Assembly: GCA_964432675.1 (NCBI GenBank)
Contig: CAYSOG010000002.1
Location: 6,975-70,974, forward strand
Length of the DNA stretch: 64,000 nucleotides
From: an uncultured Gammaproteobacteria bacterium
Lineage (GTDB): Bacteria; Patescibacteriota; Microgenomatia; CAYSOG01
Direction: 5' to 3'
Numbering within the stretch: the first letter of the stretch is position 1; the number at the start of each line of letters is the position of its first letter. The translations under genes were made by a program, and so were the position numbers. Shown piece by piece: positions 1-9,859 of the stretch. Under the pieces are notes generated by a model, which was given only the letters and a program-made list of their open reading frames with translations, searched no databases and was not told the DNA's origin.

Positions 1-376
1 CCATCGAAACACCCCAAAGAACCGGCACTGTCATAAACCAGATAACCGGGGTGCGGGCGATGGCCCAGAAAAAATGACAAAGGTTTGGTCTGGCTGGCGG
101 ATCATGGGCCCGAAAAACCCGATGTTCCAACCACCACTGATATGCGGCATAATGCCAACTATGGGCACCAATAGCCAAATCAGCTTCGTCGCCGCTTGTC
201 ATAATGTGGGCAAGCCTGGCTTCGGAAGAAATAATCCCAACGTTGCCTTGGACCTGCTGCCGTAAGAAGCTTTTTGCTAAGCTGCGGTAAAACCAATACA
301 TTACCATAAGCAAGCCTATGGCAAACAGACTAGCGTATTTTGCTATTTCCAAAAAGATATGAACAACAGCCAACAC
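1..376 (-). CDS. Partial CDS (runs off the window start) for a hydrophobic hypothetical membrane protein. The ORF track missed it because no stop codon lies inside the window.
   Basis: The minus-strand frame is open from a GTG at 376 to position 1. GGAGGT lies about 7 nt upstream of the GTG. The translation (AVVHIFLEIAKYASLFAIGLLMVMYWFYRSL...) is hydrophobic and protein-like. Confidence 0.35.
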   Translation of the reverse strand, partial: MLAVVHIFLEIAKYASLFAIGLLMVMYWFYRSLAKSFLRQQVQGNVGIISSEARLAHIMTSGDEADLAIGAHSWHYAAYQWWLEHRVFRAHDPPARPNLCHFFWAIARTPVIWFMTVPVLWGVSM

Positions 377-574
377 AAGCTACCTCCTTATACCCGCTTG
401 TTTGCTTTTCAGTTTTAGTAATACCTTTTTTAACGTGCCATTTGTCTTAAGAATAATGACTGATATGTCTACTCTTAAAAATATTCCTAGAACAAAAATG
501 TGCTTATAAAGTATAGCAGAACCGGCAAGGATTTACTATAAGGTAATAAATGGACAATTAGGATGTGGTGTTAG

Positions 575-617
575 CCAAAAAAGAAGGACTGGTATCTACT
601 ATTGTAGACACCAGTCC
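575..617 (-). terminator. Rho-independent terminator for the minus-strand gene 638..1282
   Basis: A 14-bp stem (GGACTGGTATCTAC / GTAGACACCAGTCC, one mismatch) with a 4-nt loop. On the minus strand it is followed by TTCTTTTTTGG. Confidence 0.55.
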
Positions 618-637
618 AAAAATATCGCGGTTAAAAG

Positions 638-1282
638 TTAAAAGTCCATGCCCGCAGCTTTGCGGTCTTCCTGCATACCCCAAGTGGCAATCCTGAAGCC
701 AACTGCGTTGTCGACTTCCAAGCCTGGGTAAAGACGAGTAAATTTCATGTCGTCAGTTAAGGCAACATAGCCCACCAGCACTGGGTCAATTCTGATTGGC
801 ATAATTCGGTGAAATGCCTCTGACTCAGGAGAACCGATCAAGAATTTGCCAAACAGGCCCGTTTTTTGGGCTTGCTGCATGCTCACAAGCGCTTCTGCCG
901 GAATTGGCGAGGCGAAGTAGTGCTTAAGGGTTTGAGGCCGCCCAAGCCAACCGTCAAAGAAGCGCTGCACGCGACTTGGCCGCATGGCCAAACCAGCGTA
1001 CCAGTCTTCCGGCATCGTATAGGGTTCGTACCCTTGCGAAATGGCAGAAACAACACGCTTCAGGCCGGCCAATCGGGTTGTGACCGTTTTGCGTCGCTCG
1101 CGGTAGACTGCAACCTGGGCCGGCGGCAAGGTGCCACCTTTGAGGCCTGCTTCAAGTTCCACTGCCTCTTCCTCAAGCGCTTGCACTTGCGGCAGGGTGA
1201 GTTGCTCTTTGAGAAACTCTGGCAGCTGGGCCAATGCTTCCGATGCCTGCACTTGCTCAACCAGATCTAACACGGCTGTCAT
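638..1282 (-). CDS. hypothetical protein (214 aa)
   Basis: Long ORF. The start is set at the internal ATG at 1282, which has AAAGGAG 6 nt upstream. I did not recognise any family. Confidence 0.6.
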   Translation of the reverse strand: MTAVLDLVEQVQASEALAQLPEFLKEQLTLPQVQALEEEAVELEAGLKGGTLPPAQVAVYRERRKTVTTRLAGLKRVVSAISQGYEPYTMPEDWYAGLAMRPSRVQRFFDGWLGRPQTLKHYFASPIPAEALVSMQQAQKTGLFGKFLIGSPESEAFHRIMPIRIDPVLVGYVALTDDMKFTRLYPGLEVDNAVGFRIATWGMQEDRKAAGMDF

Positions 1283-1478
1283 GGCTTTCTCCTTTGCTGC
1301 TTGGCGTTTAACCACGATGGTAAAGTGCGTTACCGGTTTTGCGTTGTTACAATTTACCTCCTGCACTGCGCATTAGTGTACGGTAACTATTGGATGCATT
1401 ATAGGCAGTTTAGAGGCCGTCGTCAACTTAAATTACTAATGCGTTTCGAAAATCCGCCCTAAACATAAACCTATAGTC

Positions 1479-1507
1479 TTGTAAAACAATCTGTTTTGTG
1501 GTAAAAT
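1479..1507 (+). promoter_or_regulatory. candidate sigma70-type promoter with an extended -10 element
   Basis: TTGTAA (1479-1484), a 17-nt spacer ending in TGTGG, then TAAAAT (1502-1507). It lies about 105 nt upstream of the 1612 gene. Confidence 0.35.
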
Positions 1508-1611
1508 AACACCGTAAAACGATGATGAATAATCATTCCGTTTAGTAGGATTTATTTTGCACTTTACCAATACGGTGTTAGCAACAAGTCGTAGCAAGAG
1601 AGGAAACAGGC

Positions 1612-2325
1612 ATGGCAGAAAACAACCAGCTAAATCTGCAAGTTATAGGAATAGGCAATGACCTTATTACCTGTCCATATTGCAACGCCGCTAATCCGGA
1701 AGATGCAACATATTGTGTGGAATGCGGTAAGCGGATGGGCGTTTGCTTAAGCTGCAACCGTCCATTACCGAATAATCAGCTTCTCATACGAAACCATTGC
1801 CCATCGTGCGGGGCGCTTATCAACCCTAAGCCTGCACCATGGTACAAACGAATGCAGTGGCCAAACTTGCAAGCTGCAGCTTTCCAGGTGTTTGTGGTTT
1901 GCCTAACCGCTGCCGGCACTATAGCTGCTATTGCAATTGTCGCTGGCCTTGCAGCGGGAACTGTTGTAGAGCCGAGAGTGAATTCAGACTTAGATAGCTT
2001 TCACGCTGCCATGGTAATTACATTCATTGTCACTGGAATTGCTATGGTTATTGCTGGTTGTTGGGTAGTGTATGATGTTTATCATCTAGAACAAGGTAAT
2101 GAAAACGTAAGCCCTTTAGAACTTTTTTGGGTAGCCTATGCCTTTGGCCTAAGCTTGATACTCTTTCTTGAAGCTATTTTTGCGTGGCACACCTCGAATA
2201 CTAAAATCGATACAATGGCCCATGTTTTCTGGGTTTTGACTGCGGCAGCAATTGGCTTATCCTGTTGTTCTGCCGTCTTCTACGCTTTTGTTAAGGCCCA
2301 TGCTGTACAGCCAGCCGCAAACTAA
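1612..2325 (+). CDS. double zinc-ribbon membrane protein
   Basis: The N-terminus has two CxxC...CxxC pairs (CPYCNA..CVECG, CLSCN..CPSCG). The C-terminal half has about 4 TM helices. GAGAGGAAAC lies upstream as the RBS. Confidence 0.7.
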   Translation: MAENNQLNLQVIGIGNDLITCPYCNAANPEDATYCVECGKRMGVCLSCNRPLPNNQLLIRNHCPSCGALINPKPAPWYKRMQWPNLQAAAFQVFVVCLTAAGTIAAIAIVAGLAAGTVVEPRVNSDLDSFHAAMVITFIVTGIAMVIAGCWVVYDVYHLEQGNENVSPLELFWVAYAFGLSLILFLEAIFAWHTSNTKIDTMAHVFWVLTAAAIGLSCCSAVFYAFVKAHAVQPAAN

Positions 2326-2372
2326 ACACGGTTTGTAGCATGGTGCAGGGTACATCTTCGAAGGAGGGCGCA

Positions 2373-3041
2373 GTGTTTCAGCCACTTGATGTGCTAGGAA
2401 CAAATGTTAAATGCCCGTTTTGCGGCTTTATCAATGTTGACAATGCCGCTTATTGTTCCCAATGCCACAAAAGAATTGGCTACTGCTTAACTTGCAAGGC
2501 CAAGTTCCCTGACGAAACAGTCTACCTAAAGGACTTTTGTCCATTCTGCGGTGCACCGATTAATCCGCCAAACCCAACGTTTTGGAGCAAGATTGACTTT
2601 GCGCCACTCAAGCGATATACGCCATGGATCCTTTTCGGGTGTCTTTTATTGACGGCCTTTATCTTTGCCTGCGCAACAACTTTTGGCTTCGCAGCCGCTA
2701 CAATATCCGATCAACATAGTAAGGGAAGTTTCAATGACGGCTTATTCATTCCCGGGATGATCTTCTTCTATTGCATAATAATATCAGCTGCAATAGGTTC
2801 AGCTGCATATACGGCGGCATATCCAATTAAGTTTATTGGAGCGTCAGCAGGTTTTACGTGTGCCGCATTTTTCGCGACAGGCATTGGTCTACTCGTTCTG
2901 ATCGGCAACGTGTCCAATAGCCAAGTCGACGACTTAGCCCACTTTTTCTGGAAATTAACAGCGATTGTAGCTTTTTTAACAGCTCTTGGCTGGCTAGCGT
3001 ATGGACTGAGTAAGTCGGTGCGACTGATTAGGCCTGCGTAA
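2373..3041 (+). CDS. double zinc-ribbon membrane protein, a tandem paralog of 1612..2325
   Basis: Same architecture (CPFCG..CSQCH, CLTCK..CPFCG, then TM helices). The start is moved to the GTG at 2373, which sits 5 nt after AGGAGG (2362-2367) and is in frame with the track ORF. Confidence 0.65.
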   Translation: MFQPLDVLGTNVKCPFCGFINVDNAAYCSQCHKRIGYCLTCKAKFPDETVYLKDFCPFCGAPINPPNPTFWSKIDFAPLKRYTPWILFGCLLLTAFIFACATTFGFAAATISDQHSKGSFNDGLFIPGMIFFYCIIISAAIGSAAYTAAYPIKFIGASAGFTCAAFFATGIGLLVLIGNVSNSQVDDLAHFFWKLTAIVAFLTALGWLAYGLSKSVRLIRPA

Positions 3042-3065
3042 GACTAACACTGTTTAGCATTTCTT

Positions 3066-3108
3066 GCCGCGCTCGCGATTTTTATAATCGTAGGGCGCGG
3101 CTTTTTTA
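3066..3108 (+). terminator. Rho-independent terminator
   Basis: GCCGCGC ... GCGCGGC stem followed by TTTTTTATT. Confidence 0.7.
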
Positions 3109-3206
3109 TTGGCCAACACATAGAAATTCGCTTCAGCTTTTGCTACAATTCCCTTACGTCGAATTTGGCAAATGGCCAACGACTAGCACATTAAAAGGAG
3201 TACACC

Positions 3207-3815
3207 ATGGGTCATGTAGTCTATCATCTTGAAGGTTTTAACGATGCTGCAGTCCAAGCCATGCGCCATGCAATCAACGCATCAGAGCGATTTGACCATA
3301 AGTATGTCGGCGACGAGCATTTGCTATTCGGTATACTAGCAGAAACCGGTGGATTAGCACACAGCATCCTTGATAAATGTGACATTGATGTTAACAAAGT
3401 CCGTAGCGCTATTGAGTTCATTGTAGATAAGAATGCCAGTAGCGATGTTACTTCATCTGAACCCACCCCCCGCCTAAAAAAGATAATCGAGCTCGCTCGA
3501 GAAGAAGCGAAATCTTTAGGCGCAGATAATGTCTCGACAGAGCATTTGCTCTTGGGGATTGTTCGTGAAGGCGAAGGCATTGGTGCCGGGATACTTGTAG
3601 CACATGGCGTAATACTTGAAGAAATGCGACAGGGCTTGTACAAAGCGATAGCATCAAACGAGCAAGTACCACCTAGCTCAAACTATGGCATGGCACGGTT
3701 GATTGCTTACTACGAAAGCCCCACGACAGCAGCTTTGAACAAAGACCGTGTCGACAAACTTGCCGAAAGCCTTATGGACTTTATCGAAGGTGAGCCGGAA
3801 AACCAAGAAAGCTAA
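3207..3815 (+). CDS. standalone Clp N-terminal-domain repeat protein with no AAA+ module
   Basis: Two Clp_N-type repeats (HLLFGILAE..., TEHLLLGIVREGEGIGAGIL). AAAGGAG RBS. Confidence 0.7.
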   Translation: MGHVVYHLEGFNDAAVQAMRHAINASERFDHKYVGDEHLLFGILAETGGLAHSILDKCDIDVNKVRSAIEFIVDKNASSDVTSSEPTPRLKKIIELAREEAKSLGADNVSTEHLLLGIVREGEGIGAGILVAHGVILEEMRQGLYKAIASNEQVPPSSNYGMARLIAYYESPTTAALNKDRVDKLAESLMDFIEGEPENQES

Positions 3816-3858
3816 CACCAAGTGACAGGCTCGAAATTCCTAGAAAAGGAAGAAAACC

Positions 3859-4332
3859 GTGGCTGATGAAGCCTTGGAAAGCATTCTTGAAGAATTTAGC
3901 GACGAATGCAAGCAGGCGGTTAAGCTTGCGGAAGAAGAAGCAAGAAATTTAGGACGTGATTATCTTGGCACCGAACATCTGCTGCTCGGCTTATGCCGAG
4001 TGCAAACAGGACGGTATCGGGAAATTCTGCAGCGGCTGAATGAAAAGCCACAGAAACTCCGCAGCATAGTTCTTTTTATCGATGGCCAAAAACTTCGGCC
4101 TCTACCCGAAGGGCATCCATTTCAAGGCCTGACTGACCGGGCAAAACAAGTGCTTCGTCTTGCCCATGATGAAGCCATGCTTCGGCAAAGCAACAAGGTA
4201 GAAACAGAGCATCTTGTCATTGGGTTGCTTAGGGAAGGCGAAGGCATTGCAGCCGGAGCTTTCGAATCAACCGGTATTACCCTCGATGTTGTTCGGTTAA
4301 CGCTTGATGCTATGGCGTCGCACCGGAAATAA
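3859..4332 (+). CDS. standalone Clp N-terminal-domain repeat protein, paralog of 3207..3815
   Basis: GTEHLLLGLCRV... and TEHLVIGLLREGEGIAAGAF repeats. GTG start preceded by AAGGAAG. Confidence 0.65.
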   Translation: MADEALESILEEFSDECKQAVKLAEEEARNLGRDYLGTEHLLLGLCRVQTGRYREILQRLNEKPQKLRSIVLFIDGQKLRPLPEGHPFQGLTDRAKQVLRLAHDEAMLRQSNKVETEHLVIGLLREGEGIAAGAFESTGITLDVVRLTLDAMASHRK

Positions 4333-4414
4333 TCGTTGGGTGGAGTTTTCTCACTCCACCCACTTTCACATTACTTTACAAAATTAGGGCAATATCCTGT
4401 GCAGGAGGAAAACC

Positions 4415-4954
4415 ATGGCCCATAACAACCTGGTTGAGGTCAGGCTGCAACTTGCCAATGGCATCGATGTCCTTGAATATAGTACCAAAGGGATCGAACA
4501 CGACAATACGAGCGACCGCATGTTCACAATGCCGCTTGGCACAGAATATAGGTTCGCGGTTAAGAATGTCACCCAAAATCCACCACAAGCCGTTATTGTG
4601 TTTGCCCAAGTGAACGGCATGGATATTACCGGCTATGTACCGCGCTTTACTTCAATCAAAGCTGGTGAAACCGAGTACTTTACAAATTATTATTTCAACA
4701 ATTTTTCGGCTAATAACGGCAAGGTTCGGCCAACAGAAAAGTTTAGCGGAACGCTGGCATTTATCCCAGCACCTTCACTCTGCATTTACTTATTTGTTGC
4801 ACCCCAAACGGCGATTATTGACGACCCAAGCCTTGGCGGGTTGCCGTTTCGGCATTCGCTAACCAAGCAGTCGTGGCAAATGATTCGCTACGAAGGCATA
4901 CGTGAGGAAATATGGCATAATTTCGCAGGCTTGGTAATAATGCATCCCGGATAG
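4415..4954 (+). CDS. hypothetical protein
   Basis: 179-aa ORF with AGGAGG RBS (GCAGGAGGAAAACCATG). Confidence 0.6.
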   Translation: MAHNNLVEVRLQLANGIDVLEYSTKGIEHDNTSDRMFTMPLGTEYRFAVKNVTQNPPQAVIVFAQVNGMDITGYVPRFTSIKAGETEYFTNYYFNNFSANNGKVRPTEKFSGTLAFIPAPSLCIYLFVAPQTAIIDDPSLGGLPFRHSLTKQSWQMIRYEGIREEIWHNFAGLVIMHPG

Positions 4955-5032
4955 GAAAATTACTCCTGAAACAAAACAGGTGGGGAAGCCGAAACGACTT
5001 CTCCACCTGTTATCTCACTACAAAAGACACGC

Positions 5033-5740
5033 TCACCTTCTCACCTTATTATACCAGTCACGAAATATTTCATTAGCAACATCTTTCCCGCCTAATCCAA
5101 CCATTAAACCAAATCCTAACGCTAATGCGGCGACAACACCGGTAAAGAGAATATTAATAAGATCGGGCACTATTTCAAGCTGCCTAATAACGGCTAATAT
5201 CGTAAAGACAATGACAACCCACTTTGCGAAAGTAGCAAGTGTAGCAGCTAATCCAATTTGCATCGTGCGTAGGGTACCGCGCATGACATTCGAAAGGAAG
5301 TCAGCTAATAGCAGGCCGCCCGTCAAAATCAAAACTGCCGCAATCACTTTTGGTGTGTAGCCAATAATCTTATTTAAGGCATCGGCCACAACCGGCAATC
5401 CTAAAATAGACAAACTTGCCAGGAAAAAACTGATAATGATAAACCACTTAATGATGTCAGCAACCGCTTCTTTTGGCGATGCGTGATAGCCCGCCTCACC
5501 TAAGAAACTACCAATGCCCATGCGTGAAGCCGCGGCATCAAACCGCACCACTGCCAGGCCAGACTTCACAAATTTCTTAATCCAAATTGCCAAGATCCAG
5601 CCGATTAGTAAAACGACTATGGCACCAAGTAAACTTGGCACAATAGCCACAATACCATTTAACAAGTTAGCTGATGCGGTCACGATCGCTTCGTTCCAAC
5701 TGCTTACCGGATACAATACATTCGTTTGCATATATTCCAC
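5033..5740 (-). CDS. membrane protein with repeated conserved TM helices, like the N-terminal TM-helix repeat of MscS-type channels
   Basis: Several similar hydrophobic repeats (IVAIVPSLLGAIVVLLIGWILA, IAAVLILTGGLLLADFL, LFTGVVAALALGFGLMV). Confidence 0.55.
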   Translation of the reverse strand: MEYMQTNVLYPVSSWNEAIVTASANLLNGIVAIVPSLLGAIVVLLIGWILAIWIKKFVKSGLAVVRFDAAASRMGIGSFLGEAGYHASPKEAVADIIKWFIIISFFLASLSILGLPVVADALNKIIGYTPKVIAAVLILTGGLLLADFLSNVMRGTLRTMQIGLAATLATFAKWVVIVFTILAVIRQLEIVPDLINILFTGVVAALALGFGLMVGLGGKDVANEIFRDWYNKVRR

Positions 5741-5908
5741 CTCCTTTCATTTTTAATAACTCCATTGTTTTCGTACTTTAACTATTGCCCAAGCAAGCAA
5801 AAAATGTCAATGCATCTCTCTAAAGATATATAGTGAAGCAAGCGTCATTAAAGTACTATGAAGGTTATTTGCCTTGCTCTTTTCTCGATCCTACGTTAGT
5901 ATAGCTTT

Positions 5909-6649
5909 ATGGACTTTCAGCCATATGAGATTATTAGCAATGAAAATATTGCGCCTGATGTTTTCATATTTCGCTTCAAGCCAACACAAGCAAAGGAAGT
6001 CTTTTCCTTTATCCCAGGACAATTTTGCCAGATAAAAAATCCAACTTCTGACCGACCCAACCAACCACATCTCTTTTCGATCGCATCGTCACCACATACT
6101 AAGGAATATCTTGAGTTTTGCATTAAACAATACGGCCCTTGGACGCATGCCTTAGCCCAAAAAAAAGTCGGCGAAACCGTTGAAATTAACGGGCCGCTTG
6201 GTAAATTTACCTGGGACAATGCCGTACAACACGCGGTATTTTTAGCAGGCGGCGTCGGCGTTGCGCCCATTATGTCTATGCTGCGGTATATAAACGAGGA
6301 ACACTTGCAACCGCGGGTTACCCTGCTTTACGGTAACCGCGATCAAGCGTCAATCGCTTACGGCGACGAAATTAAGCAAATTATAGCTAACCTTAAAAAC
6401 GGGAAAGTGGTCGATATTCTTTCCGATATTGCACCTGACCACCCATGGCAAGGGTACCGAGGTTTTTTAACGAAGGATATTTTAGAAAAGGAAGTTGATG
6501 TTGAACCTGAACCAACATTTTTCCTGTGCGGCCCACCTATATTCGTACAATTAGCCAAAGAGTTGGTTGCCCAGATCAATATTGAACCTGCCAGGATTAA
6601 ACAAGAAATATATTCAGCCCCTGTTGCTCTCAAAACTGCTGCCCAATAA
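5909..6649 (+). CDS. FAD/NAD(P)-binding oxidoreductase of the ferredoxin-NADP reductase superfamily; no Fe-S module
   Basis: Motifs HLFSIASSP (RxYS-like FAD site), GGVGVAPIMSML (NAD binding) and FLCGPP. Confidence 0.7.
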   Translation: MDFQPYEIISNENIAPDVFIFRFKPTQAKEVFSFIPGQFCQIKNPTSDRPNQPHLFSIASSPHTKEYLEFCIKQYGPWTHALAQKKVGETVEINGPLGKFTWDNAVQHAVFLAGGVGVAPIMSMLRYINEEHLQPRVTLLYGNRDQASIAYGDEIKQIIANLKNGKVVDILSDIAPDHPWQGYRGFLTKDILEKEVDVEPEPTFFLCGPPIFVQLAKELVAQINIEPARIKQEIYSAPVALKTAAQ

Positions 6650-6660
6650 GATAACGCTCA

Positions 6661-7371
6661 TTGCAGACCATGAAACAGTCACTGTTCACCACAACTATTT
6701 TAGGCGGATTATTTTTAGTGCTAATTTTAGGCGTTTTGGTTGCAGTAAGGAACGTAAAACCGTCAAAGACACTTGAAAGCTCTCCCATCGATCAAAACTT
6801 ACAACTTACCTCAGCCATACCGTTGCAAGTTCCAACTTCATCGCCGGCGGCTACAAGCTCCCAAGCGCAACCTACGACACCGCCTGCAGCGATTGAAACG
6901 AATGCTTCAAAAAGTGCCGATGAGGCACATGCGCCGCATGTCCGCATTACCTTATCAAACGACCAATCATTTACTTTGGCGCTTTACCCTGACCTAGCAC
7001 CAAAAACCGTGGCAAATTTTCTAACAAAAGTAAGAAGTGGCTTTTATAATGGCCTCTTATTTTTTCGCGCTGACAAAGCCCAAGACGGCTCAACGGCGAT
7101 CGTCCAAACCGGTGACCCTACCAATACCGGTCAAGTTGGGGGGACAACGCAGGCAGAATATAACAAAAAACCATTTTTAGCAGGTTCAGTCGGAATCGCG
7201 CGAGGGCAAAACCGCGATATTAACAGCGATAGTCAGTTTTTTATTATTACCCAAGACCTTCCTAATCTCGACGGTAATTACACCAATTTTGGTGACGTCA
7301 TTGCCGGGCTGGATGTTGTAAAAAACATCAAACAAGGCCAACCAATCAAAACAATAGCGGTGATACAGTGA
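6661..7371 (+). CDS. ppiB: cyclophilin-type peptidyl-prolyl cis-trans isomerase, membrane-anchored
   Basis: An N-terminal TM segment and a Pro/Ser/Thr linker are followed by a cyclophilin core (FTLALYPDLAPKTVANF...GDPTNTG...FFIITQD...FGDVIAGLDVV). Confidence 0.85.
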   Translation: MQTMKQSLFTTTILGGLFLVLILGVLVAVRNVKPSKTLESSPIDQNLQLTSAIPLQVPTSSPAATSSQAQPTTPPAAIETNASKSADEAHAPHVRITLSNDQSFTLALYPDLAPKTVANFLTKVRSGFYNGLLFFRADKAQDGSTAIVQTGDPTNTGQVGGTTQAEYNKKPFLAGSVGIARGQNRDINSDSQFFIITQDLPNLDGNYTNFGDVIAGLDVVKNIKQGQPIKTIAVIQ

Positions 7372-7473
7372 TTAAGTCCTATAGGACATATTAGACTTAT
7401 TTCTAGTGGCAAATCCTTGACACATGCGAGATAATACTGGTATCAAATAAATAAAGGAGGTGTATTACAATTT

Positions 7474-7677
7474 ATGGCATATTCAACAGTCAGTAAGAAA
7501 TCGAACCGAACCTATTACTTGCATCAGCGTGATGTAACCTTGAAAAATGGGCGTCAGCAAAGGATATATTTCTTCGCTCCAACGCAACAAGCAGGCACGA
7601 TCGATGCTGTTCCACAAGGATATGAGGTCGGCGAGAATCCACGAACCGGCCTACCGTACCTACAGAAAGCAAAATAA
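7474..7677 (+). CDS. small hypothetical protein (67 aa)
   Basis: Strong RBS (AAAGGAGGTG) 8 nt upstream. Confidence 0.45.
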   Translation: MAYSTVSKKSNRTYYLHQRDVTLKNGRQQRIYFFAPTQQAGTIDAVPQGYEVGENPRTGLPYLQKAK

Positions 7678-7860
7678 TTGGCCATATTTATAAACCAATG
7701 GAACCCAATTTACCATGACTTACTGTTGTGGTAGATTATTGGTGAAATATGACTGTCAAACCTTGCTCCTTCTCGAGTAAATGTGGTATAATTCGCATAA
7801 GTTAAGCGGCAGGGTTTTTGGTCTTTATAACTCTGGCAATAGTATATTTATTCGTTCAGT

Positions 7861-8862
7861 ATGGCAAATACACCTAATGACACCAGCATTTTAAATTCCG
7901 GGACCGCAAAAACGGAAGTCACAGCCGCTTCCCAAGCGGTTACTGATCCATGGCACGGTATAGTAAGTCCGGCCCGCCACCGGCCAAAATTATCACAAGA
8001 AGACCTCATTGAGCTTCGAAAGCGCCAAGGTATCGGCTTTTTTGATGAATTTAATGAAGCAGCTGCTCAACCACGTCCAGAAATACCCAGTCCTGATTAT
8101 GCCGATATTATCGATATGCGCGCCGATATCGTGAGCACCTTAAGTGAAGGTTTTTCTGAAGCCCGAGAAGTTATTACCGTTGCCGTCACCGATGTGGTCA
8201 AAAAAGGAGAGCAGGTATTATATAAAGCAAAAACTATTGTTGCTGCTGAAGCGACCGATGTCTTTAACCAAATTATTGGCAAAACTGACCACGCCGAAAC
8301 AAATGCCGCATCCAAAGCAAATCCACATGCTGATAGAAAACCGGCCGAAGTTTATACACCAAAACCAAGTGAAATTTTTGATGATTTAAAGCTTGAACAC
8401 ATCAAGCAGCTTGAACAATTATTTGGCTTAGACCAACTAAAAGGGCACGAGGTGCCAAATAATCACGCGCCCGAGCAAAAGAGCCAAAAGCCACAGGAGG
8501 ATGAAGTTAAAAAACAACAACTTATCGCCGAGCAAAAGCAAAAGATAGCGTATTTCGCAAGACAACGCCAAACAAGCCCCATGGACGAAGCCATGGCCCA
8601 AACTGGTGTTGGTGCCGATGAGGCAAAGCAATTGCTCAATGTTAGTACCAGTATAGACATTAATAAACTCAAAAATGCTAAGTCGGCCCACGATTTAGTC
8701 CAGGCTCGCAGTGCCCAGCTGCAAGCTGCAAAACAAGATTCAGGTGAACTTGGTAGCACTGGTAATGCTTCCGGACGGCTGATTGACAAGTCAGCCGGCA
8801 AAGCCCTGTTAAATGACCTCCAAAACGGCGGCGAAACCCAGATGAAAAATTCTGTCGGCTAA
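7861..8862 (+). CDS. hypothetical charged, low-complexity protein
   Basis: 333-aa ORF rich in K, E, Q and A. No recognisable domain. Confidence 0.5.
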   Translation: MANTPNDTSILNSGTAKTEVTAASQAVTDPWHGIVSPARHRPKLSQEDLIELRKRQGIGFFDEFNEAAAQPRPEIPSPDYADIIDMRADIVSTLSEGFSEAREVITVAVTDVVKKGEQVLYKAKTIVAAEATDVFNQIIGKTDHAETNAASKANPHADRKPAEVYTPKPSEIFDDLKLEHIKQLEQLFGLDQLKGHEVPNNHAPEQKSQKPQEDEVKKQQLIAEQKQKIAYFARQRQTSPMDEAMAQTGVGADEAKQLLNVSTSIDINKLKNAKSAHDLVQARSAQLQAAKQDSGELGSTGNASGRLIDKSAGKALLNDLQNGGETQMKNSVG

Positions 8863-8969
8863 ATTTACCTCTTTACAAAGAGTCTTCTCAAATTCGCTTT
8901 ACACTAATATAGTCTTATAGTATACTTAGCTCGTACCTTAAAATGGTTAAATAGGTAAGGAGAATACCT

Positions 8970-9374
8970 GTGCCAACGGTAACAACGGAAGTGATTACAA
9001 AAACAATCGTTTCGTGCGGTGTCTGTGGAGCAAAGTTTCGCGAGGATGTCAGCAAAAACCTCCCGCCATACGAACGTGCCCTCGCCTGCGAACAAAAAGC
9101 TGTTGCAAAGCCAGCTGCAGAGTACCCAATTGGGCTGCAACTATGCAACCCACATGTGGACATCAACTTAACACTTGCAGCCTACATTCCTGTGCAGTAT
9201 ACCCATATCTTGTACTACGAATTTGATACTGATCTTTTATCATATTTGAAGATGCAGTACTCAAAGGAAACACTCGACAAATCTCTTGCTAACGGCACCT
9301 TAGTACTGGGACATGTTTCGCGCAAACCAGAACGCACAACCCGGCGGCGTAAATCACTCAAGGAGATAGGCTAA
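8970..9374 (+). CDS. hypothetical protein
   Basis: ORF with AAGGAG RBS. Its stop overlaps the next gene's start (ATGA). The N-terminus is weakly similar to the next ORF. Confidence 0.5.
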   Translation: MPTVTTEVITKTIVSCGVCGAKFREDVSKNLPPYERALACEQKAVAKPAAEYPIGLQLCNPHVDINLTLAAYIPVQYTHILYYEFDTDLLSYLKMQYSKETLDKSLANGTLVLGHVSRKPERTTRRRKSLKEIG

Positions 9375-9733
9375 TGATCACCAAAACGGTAATATACGAA
9401 AGCAGTACTTGTCAAACGCGATATGCAGGCCCAGAATCGGAAGACGAAGCCTTACGGAAACGAGCAGAAGCTTGTGAAGCCTTGGGCGAACCTGCATATA
9501 AGTATAAAGTTGGAGAGATTATCGAGAGAAATGATGGCGTATTAGATCTTGTAATCCTTCGAAGGTTTTGTGTCTGTAAAGATGGGCAACATTTGCCCAG
9601 TTATAACGTACGAGTCACTGACGATGGTGACTCGTTTACCGATCCATATTCAATTACAAAGCAAGTCAGTGAAGATACTATCAGCCGCTGGCAAACTTCA
9701 AAGACCCGCGACCATACCTTAGGCCTTGTCTAA
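9374..9733 (+). CDS. hypothetical protein, possible distant paralog of 8970..9374
   Basis: Translationally coupled start. Shared N-terminal pattern ITKT(I/V)...C...E(D/E)...AxACExxxxPA.Y..G. Confidence 0.5.
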   Translation: MITKTVIYESSTCQTRYAGPESEDEALRKRAEACEALGEPAYKYKVGEIIERNDGVLDLVILRRFCVCKDGQHLPSYNVRVTDDGDSFTDPYSITKQVSEDTISRWQTSKTRDHTLGLV

Positions 9734-9859
9734 ATGTTAGCTAGAGCAATAATATAAGTTTGAAAAAATATTGCTAAATACGATCTAAAAACAACCAGCA
9801 CCGTGTTGGATAAAACCGCACGGTGCTTCTTTTTTGCTTAAATTAACGAAATAGGGGAG

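Noticed and set aside
74-265. 63-aa plus-strand ORF near the window start
   Set aside because: It lies antisense inside the partial minus-strand membrane-protein frame that is open to the window edge. It has no RBS.
866-1376. Three overlapping ORFs (866..1270 +, 1060..1260 -, 1131..1376 +)
   Set aside because: All are embedded in or antisense to the 638..1282 CDS. They are Arg/Cys/Ser-rich shadow frames.
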